Positions 23,401 to 33,969 of a stretch of 64,000 bases of DNA are shown here, one piece after another (positions within the stretch are counted from its first letter, which is position 1; the number at the start of each line of letters is the position of its first letter). The stretch lies in NCBI GenBank assembly GCA_905178155.1, contig CAJINV010000028.1:1-64000 (forward strand). Direction: 5' to 3'. The notes beneath the pieces are model-generated. The model was not told where the DNA came from and searched no databases. It was given only the letters and a program-made list of their open reading frames with translations. This DNA is from Amoebophrya sp. A120. Taxonomy: Eukaryota > Protista > Dinoflagellata. A program made the position numbers and the translations under genes.

Positions 23401-26400
23401 TAAGCCAGAGTAGCTCTGATGTCGCTCGTTTTCGCTTTCGGCTTCTTGGTCCTCTACTATCTTCTCATCGCAAGGTGGATCTTCATGCGGCTTGCTCGTT
23501 CTCTTTTCGACCACCAAAAAATCATCTTTCGAAGATGCAACAGATGCGGCCGGAGGTCCTGGTACCCTCGCACCTGCCGACGAAGCTGCATTCTCGTCCG
23601 CTGGTAATAAGAGGCCATTTGTAAAGATATCGTGGCTCTGCTCTTCTTGTTGGTCCTGCGTGTCCAATACCTCCTCGCTAGCTCGACTTTCCTCCTTGGC
23701 CGGACTTGACGAAGGGCTGCTGGAGCTGCTCGGAAGCACCTTGATGCCCAAACAGTCCGAGGACAATCCTTGGCCACCGGCCTTCGTCTGCGCGGCGCGC
23801 AGCATCTTGTTCGCGAGCATTTCCGTCACCCGAATCGCGTCCGGCAACGTCGTATGCATTGCAAATGCGTCTGGGTTTATTGGCAGGTTGCAATTTGTGC
23901 TGCTGTCTTTCTCTTTGATTTTTCCAAAAAATTCTGTACTGTATCTACGCGGAGTACTAGAGGGCATTTCTCATGCGGAATACCGATCAGCAGAATGGAT
24001 CAGGAAGCCCTAAAAAAAAAATCTGTGAGGACACTAGTTGACGCGTTGCAGGCTCACGCACCATTATCGGCCAGGCAAAGCATGCGCGAGGTAGCTATAG
24101 CCTTGCAACCTGTTAGACCCAGACATTGCGGGCGGTAAGTTGTAGCCCCACATGGCGCCAGCGGGAACGCAGGGACCGGGCCCGACTTCGGGAGGGGTGC
24201 TTTGCCCCCCTGCCCTCGCACAACCTCGAAGAGCGCCCACATGAGGGTCTTCAGGTGCACAGGCGGCATTGATGAAACGAGCGGAGAATGGGTCGCGGCA
24301 GACGAGGAGGAGGCTGAGCTCCCAGGACGAGGCTCTTCGCTTTTGACGATCTGGCCCGCCAAAGTTTCGAAAAATTCCAGACGCGAGCTGTGTCCACTTT
24401 TCGCCAAGGCCCAAGCAGTATGCACTGCAAATATGTCTGGGTCTGGAAACTTGTGATGCAAGGGAGGAAGTAATGAGAATACTGTAATGCGCTGCCAAGC
24501 ATGACAAGTTTTTCTGGAACTTTGGGTTGCGTACTCTAGTGCATGAGAAGCTGTGTTTTTGCATGACAAGCAGGATGAGCTCTTCGCGGCCACGCAATAC
24601 AGTTACAGAGCTGCTCATAGTCATGCCAGTGCCAGAGTAGTAGCATGACAAACCTGGCATTGGCAACGTTCCAGACCCAGACACTTTTGCAGTTGATAAG
24701 CAGTGTTGGCCAGGTCCTGCGCGTTGAATTCGTGGATCCGATGCACGGCGCAGCGCGCAATCAGCCACCACAACCCGGCGTCTTTCGTGTGGCCGGCTCT
24801 CGCAAAACCGTAGGCAGCGTTCGCCAGGTCCCGCGGGCAATACTTCGAATATTCCGCATGCTGCCCAGGGTGCAGCAGCAGCTTCCATCGTGTGGCCAGC
24901 TTTTCGCACGCCTCTGCGTCGAGATGCCCGGCCTTCGCGAGGGCGCAGATGACGTTGCTCAGGGATTGGACCGGGAAGGTCTCTGAGCGCAGACTCACCT
25001 GCTGCGCCAACTCGGCCACCAGCGCCCGGACCTCGCTGCGCGCCAGCTGGCCCAGCTTCGGCAAAGCTTGGGCGAAAGGCAGCGGGCCCAGCATCGCTAG
25101 CTGGCCAGTGGTCGACGCAGCGGAGGTGGCGCTGGTGCTCTTACTGCCTTCGCCCTTCGTGCCGGAAGCGCCGGTGGAGGCTTGCTTCATCGCCGCCGCC
25201 TGTGACGATTTCGAGTTCGAAATCACCTCCAGTTCTTCTGGTTCTTCCTGAAGATCTAGTACCTTCACCTGCTCATTCCTGTGGGTCATGATCTTCTTCG
25301 TCGAAATTACACTCGAGGAGGAGGACACCGTGGAGGCTTTGCTTGCTCCTTTGTTCGCGACTACTAATTATCCACTGCAAATATGTCTGTGTCGGGAAGA
25401 ATGCAGTGCTCGTCATGCACATTTTGCATGACCACCCATGGCGTCTGTGATTCATCTCCTAGCATTACAGATGTTTTGAGGGCTTTCTGATGCAGCCTAT
25501 AGTGCATGCGAAATTCAAATCCCCTCTCTGCGTAGCAAGAGCTAATCTCTTCATGTTCTGCTGTTCATGCAATACAATTCATGTGTAGAATCCTGAGGCA
25601 GCATCACAAGTTGGTATCCTTCCAGACCCAGACCTATTTGCATTTGATACGACTGCATCAGCAGACTGGTCCTCGCTCTTCGATGCCCCGACTTTGGACG
25701 ACGTCGCAGCTACGCTTTCCTCCGGTTTACGTCCTTGCGCCGCACTGACGTGCACCTTCGCCGATTGATTTGCCGCTTGCTTGCTCCCCTTTCCACCCGC
25801 TCCACCCAAGGAGGTCCTCATGGCAGAACCTTTTATTTTTGGATCTGGGCTATCAAATGTAAAAATGTCTGGGTCTGGAAGAGTGCTAGACTTGTCATGC
25901 AGATTTTACGATGACATATCACGTCTGTAATGCATAACCTGGCATCAAAGATTTCTAGTCGGCTTTCTGATGCCTATCCCGCATGAGAAATACCCTTTCC
26001 ATGTAGCACAAATTGGACCCCTCTTGCTGTTCATGCAATACAGATTTTTTTAGAATGCAGAGACAGCATCACAAGTTGCAATCTTCCAGACCCAGACACT
26101 TTTGCATTTGATATAGGCTGGGGGTTGTCATCTTCGGCTTCTTCGACGCCGGCTCAGAGTTGGCAGTGGAGTTCCTTTATGCATTGCAAAAGTAGTGTAC
26201 TCGTATAAGGTTAAGGGCATTAGCATTACAACTTTCCTCAGGATGAGAAATAAAATTTGTAATGCGGAGTTGACTTAACAAAAAGATTTATTGTAATGCA
26301 TGATTGCAATACTAATACGATACTTTTGCACAGGATATCCTTTGGTCATCAACATCTTCCTGCTTGCTGTTTTCGGCCGCAACAGACGCTTCGACCTTGT

Positions 26401-27026
26401 TCGCGTGGGTGGATTGCGATTCAGATTGCACAGCTTGCTTCAACGTGTCAGCATGCTTTGTTTTCCGATCTTCCGCGATGAAAATCAGCTCACTGCCATC
26501 CTCTTCCACCTTGCTCGTGTTGTTCGTGTTGTCGTTCATTGTGCTTTTCATCGTATCGCCCGAGGAGGCCGGAATGTCTTCACCAGCGAGCGCTGCCCTG
26601 GCGGCGTTGAGCGCCGTGTGCCTTTCGTTGACCCCGACAGGAGCGGGAACTGAGGTCTGTGACTCCCTCATTCCACTGGCCGTTTTTTTCAGGTCGAGAT
26701 GCTGCCTGTCGTTATGATAAAGGGCGCTGATCGAACAGGCTTGAGAAGATGACGCTGTGGCTTTTGTACTAGAGGTTGCAAAAATGCAAAATCCAAGAAT
26801 AGCTAAAACTCTGAGCAGATCTCCCTGCACAAGCAAACGTTCCAAGCAACTGTAAGTACGAACAAGAAGAATGGAAAGACAAATATGTCCGCTACTGGTT
26901 TTGGTTCAGATCAACACATCAAGACAGCAGCTGAGAGATAAAAAATCGAAAGAAAATATAACGAAGAAAACAATACCTCTTCGCGGCGTCTGCGGCTTTG
27001 TCGCTCTCCTTGTCCTTGTCCGCCAT
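20410..27026 (-). CDS. Large multi-exon protein: low-complexity body, short helical-repeat (OPR/HPR/RAP-associated-like) segment, putative C-terminal tandem Tudor-like domains
   Basis: Proposed ATG at 27026 (MADKDKES) and a GT-AG intron at 26769-26976 that joins in frame. Five introner junctions rejoin in frame: DQR/NSTAN, TTPS/PDPK, DAV/ANKG, ANTA/WALAK, GATT/LPDA. Repeat motifs are QSLSNVICALAK, PRDLANAAYGFAR and AQDLANTAWALAK. The link to the last exon (20410-20826) is not exactly resolved. Confidence 0.7.
20827..21109. mobile_element. Highly decayed introner
   Basis: tatcctgaggaaaaatgtcc ... ggacactactacgaggata; family-1 size, separating the long ORF from the Tudor-like ORF. Confidence 0.5.
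23853..24137. mobile_element. Decayed introner family 1
   Basis: tatgcattgcaaatgcgtctggg ... agacccagacattgcgggcggta; removal restores the frame. Confidence 0.7.
24419..24698. mobile_element. Introner family 1
   Basis: TIRs intact; perfect TSD AGCAG; removal gives ...DLANTA-WALAKSGH. Confidence 0.93.
25369..25649. mobile_element. Introner family 1
   Basis: TIRs present; flanking repeat CGACT is offset by 6 nt on the left; the frame is restored. Confidence 0.85.
25851..26113. mobile_element. Introner family 1
   Basis: TIRs present; flanks TGGGC/TAGGC; the frame is restored. Confidence 0.92.
26178..26337. mobile_element. Introner family 2 (~160 bp)
   Basis: tatgcattgcaaaagtag ... cgatacttttgcacaggata; perfect TSD TCCTT; the frame is restored. 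Confidence 0.92.
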
Positions 27027-28584
27027 TTTTTTCTTCACGTCCTTTTCTTTCTGCTCCTGCAACCAGTTCTCGAATACGCTGCCCTTCCTGACAGCTGTTG
27101 CAGGTTTTTTACGTCATCCATGGCAAACATGTCAGGGCCAGAAGTAAAAGGCCAAGCATCGCTGCCGGACTGCGCGCCGGTGATAGCACCGCACGCGCCG
27201 CCTTATCGCGGGCCCGCTTCCGTATTGCTTCTTGCACACATATCACACGTAGTAGTTTTCAAAACAAATCGCATTACCAATCCACCCAGGATATCACAGA
27301 CTGCGCGACTCAATTCGCTCAGCAGGGCGAATGGAATCGAATTCGTCACCCATGGTTGAATTACGGGAGACCAGTGTACATGATTTGCAATCACTACAAG
27401 CGCGATACTTGCGTAGAGGATGTTCCGGCACTGACATGGTCGCAATGGATACGCGCTCGTGCTCCCTAACCGCCTGTCTGAGCTCTCTTACTTTTCTTAG
27501 TGTGGAGGTGGACATCTTGATCTGCTCGCGAAAAGTCTTTCAAGGTTCAAAATGGAATTTTCCATGCTAGAGCAGGAAGAACTCAACGAATGAAATTTCC
27601 ATTTATAATGCGTTGTTCTTTCTCACATCATGTCTTGCTCTTGCGTTGTCGTTGATCAGAGTTAATAAAAGATAGGCCTAGCACGGTAACACTATAGAAA
27701 GTTTGTTTCATTCGCTACGTTTTGCTTTTCACCCGCGGGCTCAACTGTGTTAGCTGGGATTGGGAAAAGCCTATTGCTGCACGGATAGCTATACCAGTGC
27801 AGGTCTTTTATTTCCCTTACCTTCGCGATGCTTGGGCTTTGGCGCAGCCTCCGTGATCCCTGATTCGAAAAAAGCAAAAAGTTGGAACTCGAAAGAAAGA
27901 TAGATGCGACAGCTGCATGTCTTGCGTGGTGCGATCTTCGACACAATCCTGGGAGTGATCTTGTTGTCCCCGTGCCTTTCTCTTGGTTCTTTTCTGTGAC
28001 GCGTGCTTAAAAATAGACACCTGTCACAGACACGAGCTGTCTCCCTTGACTATATCGTTACAGGCCGTAGATGAATTTCTGGGTGTCGGGATTCAGAAAA
28101 CACTGCAAGAACATTCTGTGGGGCGACCGAGGATGTTAAGACAACCTCATTTTCGCTAACTTCGTTTAGAAGATCATGCAATGGTGCTTTGGCTCCTGTA
28201 CATCATGTTCATGCACATTCTTACGGGGAAGCTTTTGCAAGATAGGCCTTTTTCCCTTGGGTCTGATCCACGCTCCTGCATGCGCTTCTGTATGATCGTG
28301 TAAACTTTCACTAGCTATTCAAGGAAAATGGCAAGGCCACCTCATGATCCTTTGCCTTTGTTAGAATCCATGAAGCTTGCTAGAAGATCAAAGGCTTTCT
28401 CATTTCTGACCAGGCCGACCTGGGCAGTGCTTCAGCTAAGGAGCGATGGATGCGCCATCGTTTGCGACAAAATTATCCCGCACGTCGGTTGGCGCGTTGG
28501 CGCTCGCCGATACCTATACCGAAAATCACGGAACACGAAATTTGTCTGCATGAGCGGGATTTTGTTTTCATCTTCATTCATTTT

Positions 28585-28736
28585 TATCCTGTGCAAAAGT
28601 ATCGTACTCGTATAAATGCAAGTCTTGCAGCATTACAAATCTTCTTCTTATCGTAAATCCGCAATACAAATTTTATTTCTCACACAGAGGAAATTTGTAA
28701 TGCATTGATACGAGTAGGATGCTTTTGCATTTGATA
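28585..28736. mobile_element. Introner family 2
   Basis: tatcctgtgcaaaagtatcg ... gcttttgcatttgata; flanks ATTTT/ATTTA. Confidence 0.88.
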
Positions 28737-29440
28737 ATTTAAATTTTATATTTCGTACAAGAGACAGACCCCACTCGGTAGCACTGAAGCTGGCGAAAGC
28801 ATGTACTATGTCAAAGAACCAAGAAGCAATCTGCTCGAAAAGTTTTGTGTCGTCCATAACTCGTCTCATCTTTTTTTCACTTCATCATTGAATACGGGTT
28901 CATACCTATCGTAGAAAAGGTGGCTTTAGGTCTTCTGCTTCATTTTTTTCTTTAGAGAATAGACCAGCCACCCCCCGGCGGAGGCCGCCGGGGAGGGGGC
29001 TGTTCGGTGGAGGTGTTCCGGTGGGGAAGGTGGCGCCAGCAATGAATCGCTGCGCGCCGCTACACAACCACATAAAAAGAACCCGGCCCATGTTCCGGCA
29101 TGGATAGGCACCATGCCCGGCCTTAGTAGCTGCGCGCCGTGGGAAAATGCGCACAGGAAACTACTTCCGGGCGCCAGCGTTCAAGACGCCACAAGGGCGG
29201 CGCACCTGCCAGCGCGCGCGGGCGCTGTGGGAAAGAAGTAGCGGCCACCCTAGGTGGCCGACCAGGTTAAGGCGTGGCGCCGCGCCCCCTCTGGGGGACG
29301 CAGAGCGGCGCACGCACTTTGAACGGCCGCTCTGATCTGAAAGCGAAAACAATCCCAGCCGGTCGCTGCGCCCTAGCGAGCTTTTTTAGGGGGCGCCGCG
29401 CGCAGACAAGTGCGCAGGTTGTGGTCCTGGAGGTGGCCCG

Positions 29441-29890
29441 CGAGAGGGTCCGCGAGAGGGTCCGCGAGAGGGTCCGGGAGAGGGTCCGGGAGAGGGTCCG
29501 GGAGAGGGTCCGGGAGAGGTTCGGAGAGGGTCCCGGAGAGGGTCCCGGAGAGGTCCCGAGAGGGTCCGCCGAGAGGTAAAATAGAGGTTCCCGGAGGGGG
29601 TCGCGGTAGAGGGTCACATAGAGGGTCGCCCTATACTACGCACCCTCTCTGACCCTCTCGACCCTCTCCCCCTGCCCTCTATTTGACCTCTGTCCACCCT
29701 CTACCTACCCTCTTCGGGCGTATAGCGCCGCTATACGGGCCGACATACTACCCACCCTCTCCCTACCCTCTCCTTTACCTCTCGTTTTACCTCTCCCCGA
29801 CCCTCTATTTTTTCCCGACCCTCTACTTTACCTCTCCCAACCTCTATTTTACCTCTACGACACCTCTCCCCACCCTCTACCGGAACCTCT
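29441..29890. repeat. (GAGAGGGTCC(G/C)G)n 12-bp G-rich array followed by a degenerate complementary C-rich tract
   Basis: G-rich 29441-29625, then (ccctct)-rich 29643-29890. Confidence 0.85.
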
Positions 29891-30209
29891 CCGGCCCCGT
29901 TTTCTTCCATATATAATTATAATAATACAAAATCTGGTCCGGGCCTCCGTATAAATATAATCTATAGGAGGCCTCTACTAAAATAATTCTAAACGAATGT
30001 GCTTAGAAGGTCTCGTCTAGAAGCTTCGCGTAACAGATTCAACGCTTCCCCTGTATCTCTACGCCATACCGTCGCGCAGAATGTTATGCTGCACGCCCTG
30101 GCGAGCAGCAGAACAAAGCCGCGCATCAACTTCAGTGCGATTCTGATACAGAAAGCGTCGACAAGCTCGACTGCCCCTGTTTTCACGCCCGAAAACAGGG
30201 ATCAACTCC

Positions 30210-33060
30210 TCGGCCATCACTTTCCGGCATGGCAAAAGTGATGGCAAAAAGCTTCCTGGCCATCCCTTTGCCTTCGCTCGGGCAAAAGTGATGGCCGGGA
30301 GCTCCTTGGCCATCACTTTTTGCCCTTGCTTTTCGCTCGGGCAAAAGTGGTGGCCAGAAGCTCCTCGGCCATCACTTTTTACTCGGGCATGGGGCACGGG
30401 CTCCTTGGCCGTCACTTTCGTTCCGGCCGGGCCAAAGTGGTGGCCAAGAGCGCCTCCTGGGTGGGCCATCGTTTCCGGTCGCCGGGCAAAGCGATGGCCC
30501 AGGGGTCCTTGGCCATCACTTCGCGGACGGGCGGCGCAAAAGTGACGGCCGCGAGCCCCTTGACCATCATTTTTGGCCATCACTTTGCCGGTCGGGTCCA
30601 GCAAAAGTAATAGGCAGGCGCTCCTCCTGGGCCACCATTTTCCGGCCCGCCGGGCCAAAGCGATGGCCAAAAGCCTCCCCTGGGCCATCACTTCCCGATC
30701 GGGCAAATGTGATGGCTGGCCAAGAGTTCCATGGCCATCAATTTTCGCTCGCTCAGGCAAAATTGGTGGCCAAGAAGAGCTCCTTGGATGGGCGCCGCTT
30801 TTGGACATCACTCTCCGGTCGGGCAAAAGTAACGGCAGGGAGCCCCTTGGCCATCAATTTCCCTTCGGGCAACCAAAAGTGACGGCGCGGCCAGGAGCCC
30901 CTTGGCCGCCACTTTTCTTTCGGGCAAAAGTGAGGGCTGCGAGCTCCTTGGTTGCTTGGCCATCATCTTCCGGCCGGGCAAGAGTGAGGGCCAGGAGCCC
31001 CCTGGCCATCGCTTTCCGGTCGAGCAAACGTTACTTCCTGTCCCCCCCGGCAAAAATGGCGGCCAGGAGTTCCTTGGCCATCCATGACCTTCCGCCCGGG
31101 CGAGCAAGGTGATGGCCACCCAACAGCAGCTCCTCGGCCACTACTTTTGGCGGCCATCGCTTTGCTTCCGGTCGGGCAAAAGTGAGGGGCGAAAGCTCCT
31201 TGGCCATCACTTTCCGATCGGGCAAAAGTGGTGGCCGAGAGCTGCTTGGCCATCACTTTTGGCCATCGCTTTTCGCCCGGGCAAAAGTGATGGACAAGAG
31301 CTCCCCGGCCATCATTTTCCGGCCGAGCAAAAGTTGCGGCCAAGAACTTCGCAGCGATCACGTTTGGCCACCACTTTCCGGGCGGGCAAAAGCGATGGTC
31401 AGAAGCTCCTAGCCCAGCCGGGCGGGGCAAAAGTGACGGCGAAGGGCTCCTTGGCCATCACCTCCGGTCGAGCAAAGTTGAAACTAACTTTTGGCCATCA
31501 CTTTCCGGCCGCCCGGGCAAAAGTGGTGGCCAAGAGCTTGGCCCCCACTTTCCGGTGGGCCCGCCGAGCAAAACAAAGTGGAGGCCAAGAGCACTTTCGG
31601 GACGGACAAAAGTGATGGCCCGGGGCTCCTTGGCAATAACTTTTGGCCATCGCTTTCCGGCCGGGGCGGGCAAAAATGGTGGCCAAGAACTCCGCGGCGA
31701 TCATTTTTTGCCACCAGTTTCCGGGCGGCCAAAAGTGATGGCCAAAAGCTCCGTACCTTGCCCGGCCGGGCTGGGCTGGCAAAAGTGACGGGCGGCGACG
31801 GGCTCCTTGGCCACCACCTCCGGTCGGGCAAAAGTGAAACTTTTGGCCATCACTTTCCGGCCGGGCAAAAGTGGTGGCCAGGAGTCGGGCGAAAATGATG
31901 GCCAGGAGCTGCTGGGGCATGCATCGCTTTCCGTTCGGGCAAAAGTGGCCACTTTTCGCTCGGGCCAAAGTAATGGCCAAGACCTCCCTGGCCACCGATC
32001 ACTTTTGGCTGGCAATCGCTTTCCTGTCGGGCAAAAGGGATGGCCAAGAGCTCCCTGGCCACCCATCGCTTTCCGGCCTGGCAAAAGTGATGGCGAAGAA
32101 CTCCTCGGGCGTCGCCTTTCGGCCGGGCACACATGATGGCCAAGAGCTCCCTGGCCGTCAAAGTGGCCATCGATCGCCTCTCGGCCGGGCAAAGGTGATG
32201 GCTGGCCAAGAGCCTCGCGGCCATCGCTTTTGTTTCGCTCGAGCGAAAGCGATTGTGGCTATCGCTTTCCGGTCGGGCAAGGGTGGTGGCCAAGAACTCC
32301 GCGGCCACCACTTTTTGCCATCGCTTTCCGGTCGGGCAAAAGTGATGGCCAGAAGCTCCCTGGCCATCACTTTTCGGCCGGGCAAAGAAAAACAATGGCG
32401 ACAACTCCTTGGCCATCGCTTTAACTTTTGCCCATCACTTTCCGGATGGGCAAAAGTGGTGGCCAAGGGCTCTTTCCTTGGCCATTACTTTTGCCCAGCG
32501 CTTCCTTTCCTGTCGGGCAAAAGTGTTGGCCAGTAGTTCCGCTGCCACCGCTTTTCGCCCGGGCATGCGAAAGTCCTCGGCCATCACTTCCGGCCATCGC
32601 TTTCCGGTCGGGCAAAAATGATGACCATGAGCTCCCTGCTCATCCATTTCCGGTCGGGCAAAAATGATGGCCGAGAGCTCCGTGGCCAGCCATCGACTTT
32701 CGCTCGTTGGCCATCACTTTCGTTCCGGGCGGGCAAAAGTGGTGGCCAAGAGCTCCCTGCGCGGGCCATCGCTTTTGGCCATCGCCTTCCGGCACGGTCG
32801 GGCGAAAGTGATGGCCAAGAGCTCCCTGGCCGTCATTTTCGGCCATCACTCAGCCACTTTCTTTCTTCCCGCGCGGGCAAAAGTGTTGGCCAAGAGCTCC
32901 GCGGCCACCACTTTCGGGTCGGGTCGCGCAAAAGTATTTGCCAAGTGCTCCATGGCCATCACTTTTGCTCATCACTTTCCGGTCGGGCAACCGAGCAAGA
33001 GTGATGGCCAAGAGCTTCCAGGCAGTCACCTTTTGCCACCTCTTTCGTTCCGGCCGGGCA
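30210..33060. repeat. Degenerate palindromic array aaaagtgatggcca ... tggccatcactttt
   Basis: Dozens of TGGCCA-centred inverted pairs separated by gagctc or ccggtcggg spacers. Confidence 0.9.
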
Positions 33061-33456
33061 CGCTTTTGCCTCTCGGCTTCTGGTGCATGGCATGGGCGGG
33101 GGGGCGCGAGGCAAAACCGCGCGAACAAGCCCCCGGAAGCGTGAGTCTCATCCCCATCCAGGGGCGGGGGCTTTCTTTGCGCCGGCCGCCGAAGCCGCCC
33201 CAGAATAAGCTTCGCAACCGGCCCCCTTCGCTTTGCTTGCCGCGTGCGGCTAAAGGGCTGACGGCGGGCCGGCGTCCTGGACGCCGGACCGCAAAAGGCG
33301 TTAAAGCGGCGAGGCCGCTAGGGCAAGCGCAGGCGCGGCAACGATCTTCCTCGGGACAGGCAGCGTTATATATATTTTTCAACCTTCTAGCCGCATTCTA
33401 CTCGACCCCACGCCAAACCTTCTAAACACATAACCACCTTTAAAATTATTTTTAAA

Positions 33457-33502
33457 TCTACTAGCCCAGCGGGCGTCCTGGACGCCCGCGTCAAGAGGCT
33501 AG
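33457..33502 (+). mobile_element. Helitron-like 3' terminus
   Basis: Perfect hairpin gcgggcgtcc-t-ggacgcccgc (33469-33489), then 9 nt, then CTAG followed by T. Confidence 0.5.
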
Positions 33503-33969
33503 TAAATATATTAATCTTAATCCGCTGGCCAAATCATTCGTTATGGTCCTACCTCATTTAAATTTGCTTGGGCTTTCGAAAATCATATCCGCAGAGGCGG
33601 GGAGCTTTATCGCCTATTGTGAGTTATTTTCAACACTAGCTACGCAAGATGGGAGTAAAACAGTACTTCCGTGGTTTTTACAAATTTTGACTTTGGGCAT
33701 GGGTAATGAAATAGAAAAACTTATAACTAAACTCTAGTTGAAAGCTCCTTTCTGTAAATGACAATCTTATTCAACATCAGAATTCGCCCCGAAACACTTC
33801 CAAAACTTTGAATCTCTATAGAAGTTCTTGCAAAAACTCAAACTGACTGTCCTTATTTTTTCATTCTCTTAAAATCTGGAAAAAGCTGTATCAGGAGGAT
33901 CGTCCCTGTGCCTACAACATCTTCAAAGGCTAGAAGTATTAGCTATCATTATATGTGGAAAAAAACGTC

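Noticed and set aside
20914-23967. 1017-aa ORF as a complete gene
   Set aside because: Both ends read into decayed introners; it is better explained as one internal exon.
29441-29625. Telomeric repeat
   Set aside because: The unit is a 12-mer rather than T(2-4)AGGG, and it is internal.
30059-33425. Dense ORFs on both strands
   Set aside because: Artefacts of the stop-poor palindromic array.
28915-33443. Possible TIR pair aaaggtgg / ccaccttt
   Set aside because: Only about 8-10 bp match, with no extension or TSD.
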